From contig MGVE01000016.1 of NCBI GenBank assembly GCA_001800315.1, forward strand, positions 3,432-67,431: 64,000 nucleotides of DNA, read 5' to 3'. Source of the DNA: Elusimicrobia bacterium RIFOXYA2_FULL_47_53 (GTDB lineage: Bacteria > Elusimicrobiota > Endomicrobiia > Endomicrobiales > XYA2-FULL-47-53). Below are positions 10,801 to 17,152 of this stretch, one piece after another; position 1 is the stretch's first letter; each line of letters starts with the position of its first letter. The notes under the pieces were generated by a model. It made no database searches. It saw nothing but the letters and a program-made list of their open reading frames with translations, and had not been told where the DNA came from. The position numbers were made by a program, and so were the translations under genes.

Positions 10801-10870
10801 AAACGGGCGCAATTAGCGAGAGCGCGGTCACTAAAATAACGGGGATTTGTTTTCGCAATAGTAAAATCAT
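7850..10870 (-). CDS. 1006-aa secreted surface protein with four SbsA/Big_5-like Ig repeats and a T9SS-type C-terminal domain
   Basis: Signal peptide ...APVYAAS. The 110-aa Ig-like units each end ...GYKYQVTISTGAQDLYGNAM...WEFTT. C-terminus ITFTGLSSQATIRVYTVSGELV...LVWDGKN..G..VASGLYVYYI...GKIIIIK. Confidence 0.8.
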   Translation of the reverse strand: MILLLRKQIPVILVTALSLIAPVYAASPDLSVSGTDITFSNNTPEPSENISISAVIKNNGGLYSYEIPFGKHDYMVGVSSDYTSVCSTISWGQYFIPAENMYLGKVSLLINNIGETSDAMGVEIRRTEASSFIRPSLQSYDKLAYTAVVSTFTSFGWQDFEFDTAAYLVSGTTYWICAYNLSDKANGYQLWLDSGTTLDCLAGSTDLGSTWSSIAAIPGKWNVFFKAFKSTSTFVGFYAGNPDSGGLLIGSTVYQTPIPAGSSRSETFQWAAVNGSTDIYVTVDYPGGIINETLENNNVAYKNITVAPTYPAITGSVSPPENAADVGVNDIISAVFSEYMSSSTVVPAITVKAVRDSAGVAISEAAGGTVEYSTSSKTLTFSALWKKGYKYQVTISTGAQDLYGNAMAAAKVWEFTTMNLPAIVTVSPSENSSGVSPAEPVKAVFWNDDMSSATVVAAITVIAVRDSAGVAISEAAGGTVEYSTSSKTLTFSALWKKGYKYQVTISTGAQDLYGNAMAAAKVWEFTTMNLPAIVTVSPSENSSGVSPAEPVKAVFWNDDMSSATVVAAITVIAVRDSAGVAISEAAGGTVEYSTSSKTLTFSALWKKGYKYQVTISTGAQDLYGNAMAAAKIWEFTITDMPALSGTVSPAEDAIGIAVSEPARVTFLSDDMDPAAAKSAISVRAVKDNLGADINEPVSGTVEYSDKTLSFSALWKKGYKYRVTVSTDAKDLYGNAIISGKIWQFTTVVDCLAENIFTAGDSATKVTIVPGAVDFDYYIIIDTSPAIGTLLTDADGKAIGLRGPYAGAVNSGVRKFLMYKGTYAGTLAGDKFQKSVSIVIPYAENGDGFVTTSNGRLVKENTLSIYGLDETKKLWVRNPNSEVDTVKNTVTARVNHFSIYAVSGNSDTDLSSAYAYPVPWKPFDGKDETGTESGGITFTGLSSQATIRVYTVSGELVRALDYNFSGGKEELVWDGKNSSGESVASGLYVYYIENAREHKSGKIIIIK
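8960..9815 (-). repeat. near-identical 330-bp tandem repeat (about 2.6 copies) inside the surface-protein CDS
   Basis: The string cgcggcggccatggcgttgccgtaaagatcctgcgctccggtggagattgtcacctgatatttgta recurs at 8981, 9311 and 9641, a period of 330 bp (110 codons). Copies 2 and 3 look essentially identical by eye over hundreds of bases. Confidence 0.9.
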
Positions 10871-10961
10871 CGGTTTTATTATATAATATTTTAATAAAAA
10901 TAGCAGAAATATTTAATAAAAGTATTTGTTTTTTAACCGTTAAAACCCGATAAAATAGCCA

Positions 10962-10990
10962 TTGACAAAGCGGCGGATACCTGCTATTAA
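10962..10990 (+). promoter_or_regulatory. candidate sigma70-type promoter for the riboswitch-led transcript
   Basis: TTGACA (10962-10967), a 17-nt spacer, then TATTAA (10985-10990) in the divergent intergenic region. Confidence 0.4.
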
Positions 10991-11065
10991 TATAGCGGAA
11001 GAGGAAATGAGTATTCTTTGAAATTTGAGTTTTCAAATTGAGTCAAATTGCAGGTTTGTCTTAAG

Positions 11066-11160
11066 TTTCGTGCGATAAAGGCAAATTCCGGCGAAAGCCG
11101 GAAGACGCAAAACCACGGGGCTTCTTGCCGACAACGGCACAGCCAGCCGGGTTACCGAAC
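11066..11160 (+). promoter_or_regulatory. probable c-di-GMP-I (GEMM-I) riboswitch aptamer
   Basis: GGCAAA + UUCCGGC-GAAA-GCCGGAA (a perfect 7-bp stem with a GNRA tetraloop) + GACGCAAAACC + a second hairpin (GGCU..UGCCG-ACAA-CGGCA..AGCC) + AGCCGGGUUACCGA. This has the same order and nearly the same conserved blocks as the V. cholerae Vc2 aptamer (GGCAAACC..GAAA..GGGACGCAAAGCC...GCGGGGUUACCGA). It lies in the 5-prime leader of the CDS starting at 11218. Confidence 0.65.
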
Positions 11161-11186
11161 AACAATGCAGTAGTCCATACATTGTT

Positions 11187-11214
11187 GCTCAGACTGTCTA
11201 AACGGCAGGTGAGC
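11187..11214 (+). promoter_or_regulatory. hairpin that can sequester the Shine-Dalgarno sequence (possible riboswitch expression platform)
   Basis: GCUCA-GA-CUGUC [UAAAC] GGCAG-G-UGAGC. The 3-prime arm contains AGGUGAG (11207-11213), 4 nt before the ATG at 11218. Confidence 0.4.
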
Positions 11215-11217
11215 GAA

Positions 11218-12717
11218 ATGGACACAAAAAAAGCGTTATCATTAGTTTTCTCGGTGGCTTTCAGCTTAGGGTTATTCGTTTCAGGCGCCCTTTCTGAAGT
11301 CATCATTATTATTGAACCCGATCCCGAGCCTATCATTGATCCTATAACCCCTCCGACCGAACCGCCCGTAGTAGAGCCTCCAGCTCCGCCCCAGCCTCTG
11401 GGAGCAGATATTAATGTTGACCCTAATGTAATTAACCTCAAGAGCAACAGAAACTATATAACCGCCTACATTGAACTCGCCTCTGATATTTCAGCCGCTG
11501 AAATCAAAGTATCATCCGTAAAAGTAACAACCGTCAACGGAACCGCGATAACTCCGGTAAGCGCTCTGCTTTCGCCCACGGCTATCGGCGATGAAAACGC
11601 GAATTCTATCCCTGATCTTATGGTTAAATTCAACTATGACGAACTAAAACCATATTTCTCGGAAGGCCCGCTGACAATCTCCATAAGCGGCGAGCTGAAC
11701 AACGGCACAGCCTTCAGCGGGGAAAATACTGTAAAAGCCACTTATCATGAAAGCAACGGAAATTCCAATCAGCAAACCGTAAATACTCAGTCAGCGGTAA
11801 AAACTGAAAAAAACTTCAAATTCACGCTTGGCAACAATGTCCCTGCCGGAGCGTATGTAAGAAAGGCTCTGGTCTGGGAGCAGAAACTCCCTAAACTGGA
11901 GGCTCAAAAAGAGCTATGGTGGTACAAGGCTGAGAAAAACTGGCAGGCTATTCTTGGACATCTGTCCAATGAGAGCTATTCTAATGTCCTGCGAGGCACT
12001 GGCTACGAGTGGGATGTGATAAACGAGCTCAACGAGAACCGCACATTAGGCCTAAACGAAGTGGTCGTCAGGCTGGACAACGAGAGAAAGAACACTTATC
12101 CCGTTCTCGTGCTTGTCTGCGATACGCCGTCTCAGGACGCGGAAGAACGGATGACAGCGTCAATGTATGGTTTAAATCCAATCGGTGAAAAAGCCAAATT
12201 CGTAAAGAAAGGATCTAACCCCGACAAAACAATAACGCTGTATTACAATGAGAGCGATCTGCGCGGGGAAGCTGAAAGCGACCTTAAAATATATTACTGG
12301 AGTGAAGCCGTAAATGAGTGGCAGGTCGCCCCGGACTGCACTATTGACTATGCTGACAACAGCATCAGCTGTCAGAGCGATGTCAGCACCTTTTACCGGA
12401 TTATGGCCGTAAAACCCGCGCCGGCGCAACCCGAGGAGGCGGCTCCGGCCGCTCCCAATACCCTTAAACAGAACTATCCCAATCCCTTCAATCCGGCCAC
12501 AACCATTGAGTACTCCGTTTCCCAGGACTGCCATGTGACTTTGAAGCTTTACAATGTCGCGGGAGAGCTTGTAGCGACAATAGTGGATGAATTCCAGTAC
12601 GCCGGCAGCCACTCGGTGTACTACGACGGGGGAGAGCGCCTCTCCCGCGGGATATACTTCTACCAGCTTATAGCCGGCAATTTTGTTGACACCAGAAGAA
12701 TGGCGGTTTTGAAATAA
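11218..12717 (+). CDS. secreted protein with a Pro-rich linker and a canonical T9SS type-A C-terminal sorting domain
   Basis: I chose the start at MDTKKALSLVFSVAFSLGLFVSGALS (signal peptide) rather than the track start at 11125, which lies inside the riboswitch. C-terminus LKQNYPNPFNPATTIEYSV...VTLKLYNVAGELV...GIYFYQL...RRMAVLK. Confidence 0.8.
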   Translation: MDTKKALSLVFSVAFSLGLFVSGALSEVIIIIEPDPEPIIDPITPPTEPPVVEPPAPPQPLGADINVDPNVINLKSNRNYITAYIELASDISAAEIKVSSVKVTTVNGTAITPVSALLSPTAIGDENANSIPDLMVKFNYDELKPYFSEGPLTISISGELNNGTAFSGENTVKATYHESNGNSNQQTVNTQSAVKTEKNFKFTLGNNVPAGAYVRKALVWEQKLPKLEAQKELWWYKAEKNWQAILGHLSNESYSNVLRGTGYEWDVINELNENRTLGLNEVVVRLDNERKNTYPVLVLVCDTPSQDAEERMTASMYGLNPIGEKAKFVKKGSNPDKTITLYYNESDLRGEAESDLKIYYWSEAVNEWQVAPDCTIDYADNSISCQSDVSTFYRIMAVKPAPAQPEEAAPAAPNTLKQNYPNPFNPATTIEYSVSQDCHVTLKLYNVAGELVATIVDEFQYAGSHSVYYDGGERLSRGIYFYQLIAGNFVDTRRMAVLK

Positions 12718-12739
12718 TGCCGGCGTTCTGCTGTTTCGT

Positions 12740-12786
12740 AAACCTCTTAATTATTTAAAATTCTTTTGAGAGGTTTAATTTTTTTT
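12740..12786 (+). terminator. possible intrinsic terminator or attenuator between cargo and PorV gene
   Basis: AAACCUCU (12740-12747) pairs with AGAGGUUU (12769-12776), followed by a U8 tract. The loop is long (21 nt), so confidence is moderate. Confidence 0.4.
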
Positions 12787-12800
12787 GTATAATCTAAAAC

Positions 12801-13727
12801 ATGAACCTAAAAATAATTCCTGCTCTGCTCGCTTTTGTATTTATCGCTTCAGGAGCCCATGCCGTAACCACCGGGGTTGATTTCCTCAAACTTGGCATCG
12901 GCGCGAGGGAAACCGGCATGGGGGAAGCCTCGGTCGCCAGCCACTCCGGCGTGGATTCCAGCTACTGGAACCCGGCCGGACTTTCCGATATAACTCAAAC
13001 TGAACTCAGCCTTATGCACAGCGACGCCATTATAGACGCGTCGCTTAATTTTGTCGGAGTGGCCGTCCCGTTAAAAAACGGCGATGTTATCTGCGTAAAC
13101 ACTATTGTCTATGTAATTAAACCCGTGCCCGTCACGGACGCGAGCGGCCAGTCCATGGGCGACCTGAACTGGCTTGACGGAGCCGCGGCAGTCTCGTACG
13201 CAAGAAATATTACTGACAGCATTTCGGCGGGCCTTAGCGCGAAAATAGTCCACAGAATGGAGAGCGACCCTATCTTTGGCAGAAGCGAGGGAAGCGCCTA
13301 CGCTTTTGACGCAGGCGCCATTTATAAAACTCATTACAAAGGATTAAGTGTCGGGTACGCGCTTTTAAACACCGGAACGGAACTGCAGATGACCGGCGAA
13401 GTTAAAAAAGATACTCTTCCTCAGACCTCACGGCTTGGATTAACCTACGAATACGAGCTTGACAAAAACCTTCATCTTGTGGGTTCATGGGATTTTCACA
13501 GAATACTGGATAACTCCTGGCACACCGGCGCGGGCGTTGAAATAAATATCCGAAACGAATTTTTTCTGCGCACCGGATTTTATGAGAAAGACGGCAGTAT
13601 AAGCGGCAATACTTTCGGTTTTGGATTTATGGTTAATCAGTTCCGGTTTGATTACAGCAGCATACCGGTAAGCGAAATGACAGGATATAACCGAAATAAC
13701 AAGTTTTCCTTAAGTGTATTTTTTTAA
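12801..13727 (+). CDS. PorV/PorQ-family outer-membrane beta-barrel
   Basis: Signal peptide ...SGAHA. VDFLKLGIGARETGMGEASVA...SYWNPAGLSDI. C-terminal FRFDYSSIP...NNKFSLSVFF. Confidence 0.75.
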   Translation: MNLKIIPALLAFVFIASGAHAVTTGVDFLKLGIGARETGMGEASVASHSGVDSSYWNPAGLSDITQTELSLMHSDAIIDASLNFVGVAVPLKNGDVICVNTIVYVIKPVPVTDASGQSMGDLNWLDGAAAVSYARNITDSISAGLSAKIVHRMESDPIFGRSEGSAYAFDAGAIYKTHYKGLSVGYALLNTGTELQMTGEVKKDTLPQTSRLGLTYEYELDKNLHLVGSWDFHRILDNSWHTGAGVEINIRNEFFLRTGFYEKDGSISGNTFGFGFMVNQFRFDYSSIPVSEMTGYNRNNKFSLSVFF

Positions 13728-13733
13728 TCCCTT

Positions 13734-13898
13734 ATGCCGTCTAAAAAATTGATCATGCTGGGAATGTTAACAGGTTCCGTCGCGGGTGGATATTTGCCAT
13801 CGCTTTTCGGTATAAGTTCATTCTCTTTTACTTCTCTTATCACAAGCGCCGTTGGAGCTGTTATAGGGATTTATATTGGCTACAGGCTCTCCAAATAA
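13734..13898 (+). CDS. small (54 aa) Gly-rich membrane peptide, hypothetical
   Basis: ATG 13734 to TAA 13896-13898, encoding MPSKKLIMLGMLTGSVAGGYLPSLFGISSFSFTSLITSAVGAVIGIYIGYRLSK. Two hydrophobic segments. It is below the ORF-track size cut-off. Confidence 0.35.
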   Translation: MPSKKLIMLGMLTGSVAGGYLPSLFGISSFSFTSLITSAVGAVIGIYIGYRLSK

Positions 13899-13910
13899 TA
13901 TAAGCTGGGT

Positions 13911-14055
13911 AAATTGAGTCTGTTGAATAAACCTGTTTCAGGCCGTCTTTGCGAGGAGTGAAACGACACGGCAATCTCGCGGTTTACGACGGAAAGTCAA
14001 GATTGCTTCTCTCCCTTCGGGAGATCGCAAAGACAGGGCTCAACCGACTCAAATT
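13911..14055 (+). repeat. structured ~145-bp intergenic repeat with terminal inverted repeats (copy A)
   Basis: The ends aaattgagtctgttga / tcaaccgactcaaatt are inverted. Nested internal stems: gtctttgcga/tcgcaaagac, gcaatct/agattgc, and tctccc-UUCG-gggaga. It is about 80-85 percent identical (by eye) to the reverse complement of 35691-35846. Confidence 0.8.
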
Positions 14056-14183
14056 AGAACCCTTACGCTGCGGCTTTTAAGGAAAGATCTTAAACACGGC
14101 GGGATTGGCAAGAAATCAGGCCCGGAAAATGCGATGTTACCTGATCTCCGGATTCACGGAAGAAATTTTTATGGAGGGCATAG

Positions 14184-14606
14184 ATGCTGAAATTTACTAA
14201 AGTAATTATGCTGGGTATTATTATGTTCATCGCCGCGTGCGCCGACAAGACTGCCAGAACCACAGTTCCTGAAAAAACACCCGAGATATCCATGCTCACC
14301 GCAGTGAATTTCAGAGAAGCTATAAAGAAAAACGATGCCAATAGCGTCCTTCTGGATATAAGAACTCCTGAGGAATATTCGCAGGGACATATCAAGGGAT
14401 CCCGGAATATTGATTTCTACTCCGCGGATTTCAAGGATCAGCTTTCAGTTTTGGACAAATCTAAAACATATCTGATTTACTGCCGTTCAGGAAACAGGAC
14501 AAGAGCGGCTACGGCAATCATGAGGGAACTTGGTTTTAACAAAATAATAGTCCTGGAAAACGGAATTATTGACTGGTCCGGTAACAATCTTCCGCTGGAA
14601 AAATAA
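14184..14606 (+). CDS. rhodanese-domain lipoprotein (sulfurtransferase-like)
   Basis: Lipobox-like IAAC. LLDIRTPEEYSQGHIKGSRNI, and active-site loop YCRSGNRT. Confidence 0.8.
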   Translation: MLKFTKVIMLGIIMFIAACADKTARTTVPEKTPEISMLTAVNFREAIKKNDANSVLLDIRTPEEYSQGHIKGSRNIDFYSADFKDQLSVLDKSKTYLIYCRSGNRTRAATAIMRELGFNKIIVLENGIIDWSGNNLPLEK

Positions 14607-14643
14607 CCCGCTTTTATCCGCTAATAACAGGCGAACTGACGAG

Positions 14644-15129
14644 ATGGCGCTACATTATATTCTTGATGGATACAATATTATTAAGTCCGATGGGTCCGGG
14701 GCGTTTTTTGGGAAGCCGCTTCAGGCTCAAAGAGAACAGCTTGTAGGCCTGATAAACAGAAACAGCCCTCACGGCGCCCACCGCAACAAAATAACAGTTG
14801 TTTTTGACGGAACCTACGAGAATTCCTTTTTTGGCAGCAGATCGGTTTCCGGAGCAGTTGATATTGTTTTCAGCTCCGGTGATACAGCCGATCGGCTTAT
14901 TGAACAAATAGTATTGAGCCAACAGAACGCCAATAACATTATCGTGGTGACCGATGACCGCGGAATCCGCAAGGCGGTATCCGCGTCCGGCGCGAAGATT
15001 ATGGAGACGAAGGAATTTCTGGCGCGTCTTTTTAACCGGAGTAATACTGCGGCTGAACCCGCCTCCGCGCAAACGGACAACTCTGAGGACGAAATAACCG
15101 ATGAACTGTCAAAACAATGGCTGAAATAG
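14644..15129 (+). CDS. NYN/YacP-like predicted RNA-binding nuclease domain protein
   Basis: I took the start at MALHYILDGYNII. VVFDG and VVTDD motifs are typical of YacP/Rae1-like NYN domains. The track start at 14569 would overlap the rhodanese gene. Confidence 0.6.
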   Translation: MALHYILDGYNIIKSDGSGAFFGKPLQAQREQLVGLINRNSPHGAHRNKITVVFDGTYENSFFGSRSVSGAVDIVFSSGDTADRLIEQIVLSQQNANNIIVVTDDRGIRKAVSASGAKIMETKEFLARLFNRSNTAAEPASAQTDNSEDEITDELSKQWLK

Positions 15130-15200
15130 CATGAACCGCTCCGACAGAACAGCTTCAACCCCGGTCCGGAGTCAGGCAAACAATTCAGAAAGGATGAAAA

Positions 15201-16703
15201 ATGAAAGTTGAACTCGCGGGATTTAATGTAGACACAAGCGTATTAAAAGAGCTGGAGGTTAAATGCGGTAAAAGGGAAGACATTACCCCTGAGGTTTTAT
15301 CAGCGGCCTACGCGCGCATAAGCCGCGATCCGAGAAACATAACCGAAATACGGCAGTTCGCGAGAACCGAAGTGGAGCGCTCCAGAAAATCCAATTCAAC
15401 CATAATATTTAAGATGGGCCACCACTCCGTAGCCGAACACGCCGTTTTTAACATGGATATCATCGGGCTTTCCAGGTTCGCCATGGAGGAACTGGAAAAG
15501 TTCCGCCTCTGCTCCTACACGGAGAAGTCTCAAAGATATATCACCCTGGACAAAGACTTCGTGACACCCGCGGAAATCAGGAATACGCCGCTGGAGAACC
15601 TTTTTACCGAAACCATAAAACTTCAGAACTCGGCGTATTTTGAGTTTTACGAAAAATTGAAAACCCATGTTTTCAGGAAAAACTCCGGGCTCGCCGCTGA
15701 TGAAAAAAACCACAACTTGCTTGAGGGCTGGGCCAAGGAAGACGCCCGCTACATAACTTCTCTCGCCACCGAATCTCAGGTGGGGCTTACGATGAACGCG
15801 AGAAACGCGGAGCTTATGCTGCGCCGCTTTGCTTCCAGCGCCCTCCCGGAAATTAATGAACTCGGCGCTAAGATTTACGAACAGATTTCGGTCGTGGCCC
15901 CCTCAATCGTAATTTTCCACCAGGCAAACGACAAAGACCAGAAAACCTACCCGGAACTCCATAAGCTTTTGTCCGGATATTCTTCCGAAAAACAGAAATC
16001 TGAAAAGGATGTGGCTTTGGTTGATTATTCAAAGAACGGGGATTTAATCGTCGCGGCCGCGCTTATGCACGCTTCCACGAACCTTCCGTTTGAAGACTGC
16101 CTTTCGCAGGTAAAAAAGATGCCGAAAGCAAAACTCGGATATATCTACAAAACCTCCTGGAAGAACCACCAGCTTTATGATTCCATGCTCAGGGAGTACG
16201 AATTTGTTAACCTGACATACAATATAATTCTTTCCTCGGCCTGTTTCGGGCAGCTTAAGAGGCACAGGATGTCCACAATCACCGCACAGAACTATGACCC
16301 CGCCTTAGGCATAACTATGCCTGAGTCAATTGAGGAGATAGGAGAGGAAAAACGCTTCAAAGAGGTTGTGTCCAGGTCTGAGGACGCTTACTTTAAGATT
16401 CTTAAGAAATTTCCGCTGGCCGCGCCATACATATTAAACAACTGCCACAGGAAACGCGTTCTTATGCGCGTGAACGCCAGGGAAATGTATTCCATCTCCC
16501 GCCTGCGCGAGGACGCCCACGCGCAGTGGGACATCCGCAATGTATCGGGAGCGATGGCGGCGCTCGCAAAAAAAGCAATGCCCAGGGTATTTGGCCTTAT
16601 AGGCGGAAAAGATCAGTACGGCAAAATATACTCCTCTGTTTTCGGCAGGCCGCCAAAAGTGGTGGCCGCGGAACTCCCCGGCGCGAGAAAAATTAGCTCC
16701 TGA
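15201..16703 (+). CDS. thyX: FAD-dependent thymidylate synthase, long tandem-domain form
   Basis: There are two ThyX-like halves. The N-half has HHSVAEHAVFNMDI..SR....EL.KFR..SYTEKSQRY. The C-half has QLKRHRMST (the RHRxxS ThyX motif). Confidence 0.75.
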   Translation: MKVELAGFNVDTSVLKELEVKCGKREDITPEVLSAAYARISRDPRNITEIRQFARTEVERSRKSNSTIIFKMGHHSVAEHAVFNMDIIGLSRFAMEELEKFRLCSYTEKSQRYITLDKDFVTPAEIRNTPLENLFTETIKLQNSAYFEFYEKLKTHVFRKNSGLAADEKNHNLLEGWAKEDARYITSLATESQVGLTMNARNAELMLRRFASSALPEINELGAKIYEQISVVAPSIVIFHQANDKDQKTYPELHKLLSGYSSEKQKSEKDVALVDYSKNGDLIVAAALMHASTNLPFEDCLSQVKKMPKAKLGYIYKTSWKNHQLYDSMLREYEFVNLTYNIILSSACFGQLKRHRMSTITAQNYDPALGITMPESIEEIGEEKRFKEVVSRSEDAYFKILKKFPLAAPYILNNCHRKRVLMRVNAREMYSISRLREDAHAQWDIRNVSGAMAALAKKAMPRVFGLIGGKDQYGKIYSSVFGRPPKVVAAELPGARKISS

Positions 16704-16786
16704 TAAAACACCGATTGATTTATAAATGGCAAATAATAAGGTATAATGTTTTGGGGCGAGGGTAAATAAATATCAAGGGCGGTAAT

Positions 16787-16954
16787 GTGCAAAAACCGAA
16801 TTACGAGTTCGCAAGAAGACAAAAAGAGCTCAAAAAAAAGAAAAAACAGGAAGAAAAGAGATTAAGAAAACTCAACAGGTCTAAAGATCCGTCGGAAATA
16901 CCGTTTGAAACTGAAAATCCGGCCGCGCCTGAATCCGCGGAACCTAAAGTCTAA
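16787..16954 (+). CDS. possible small Lys/Arg/Glu-rich protein (55 aa), hypothetical
   Basis: GTG 16787 to TAA 16952-16954. It is preceded by a perfect TATAAT at 16742-16747. No homology was recognised and its composition is low-complexity. Confidence 0.25.
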   Translation: MQKPNYEFARRQKELKKKKKQEEKRLRKLNRSKDPSEIPFETENPAAPESAEPKV

Positions 16955-16987
16955 CGGAACAAAACAAAGCTTCCAGGGGAGGAACAA

Positions 16988-17137
16988 ATGCAGATTTACG
17001 GTTTGGGGTTTATCGGAGCGGTCATCTATTTTATTCAGCAGTCCACTTCCTTCTGGGCGGGAGTAGTCGGTTTTCTAAAAGCGCTTGTCTGGCCTGTTAT
17101 TCTTATTTACAAACTCCTTGAATTTATTAAGGCGTAA
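16988..17137 (+). CDS. small (49 aa) two-helix membrane peptide, hypothetical
   Basis: RBS GGGGAGG, then ATG 16988, encoding MQIYGLGFIGAVIYFIQQSTSFWAGVVGFLKALVWPVILIYKLLEFIKA. Stop at 17135-17137. Confidence 0.4.
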   Translation: MQIYGLGFIGAVIYFIQQSTSFWAGVVGFLKALVWPVILIYKLLEFIKA

Positions 17138-17152
17138 CATAAGGGCAAGGAT

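Noticed and set aside
11061-11447. The 128-aa minus-strand ORF, and the 5-prime extension (11125-11217) of the + ORF
   Set aside because: Both overlap the GEMM-I-like RNA and SD-hairpin. The + strand protein only acquires a signal peptide and an RBS at Met 11218. The minus ORF is Gly/Ser-rich antisense to the Pro-rich linker.
12788-12793. A perfect TATAAT just upstream of the PorV gene at 12801 as its promoter
   Set aside because: It ends only 7 nt before the start codon, leaving no room for a leader with an RBS. There is also no -35 element. It probably reflects the AT-rich terminator tail.
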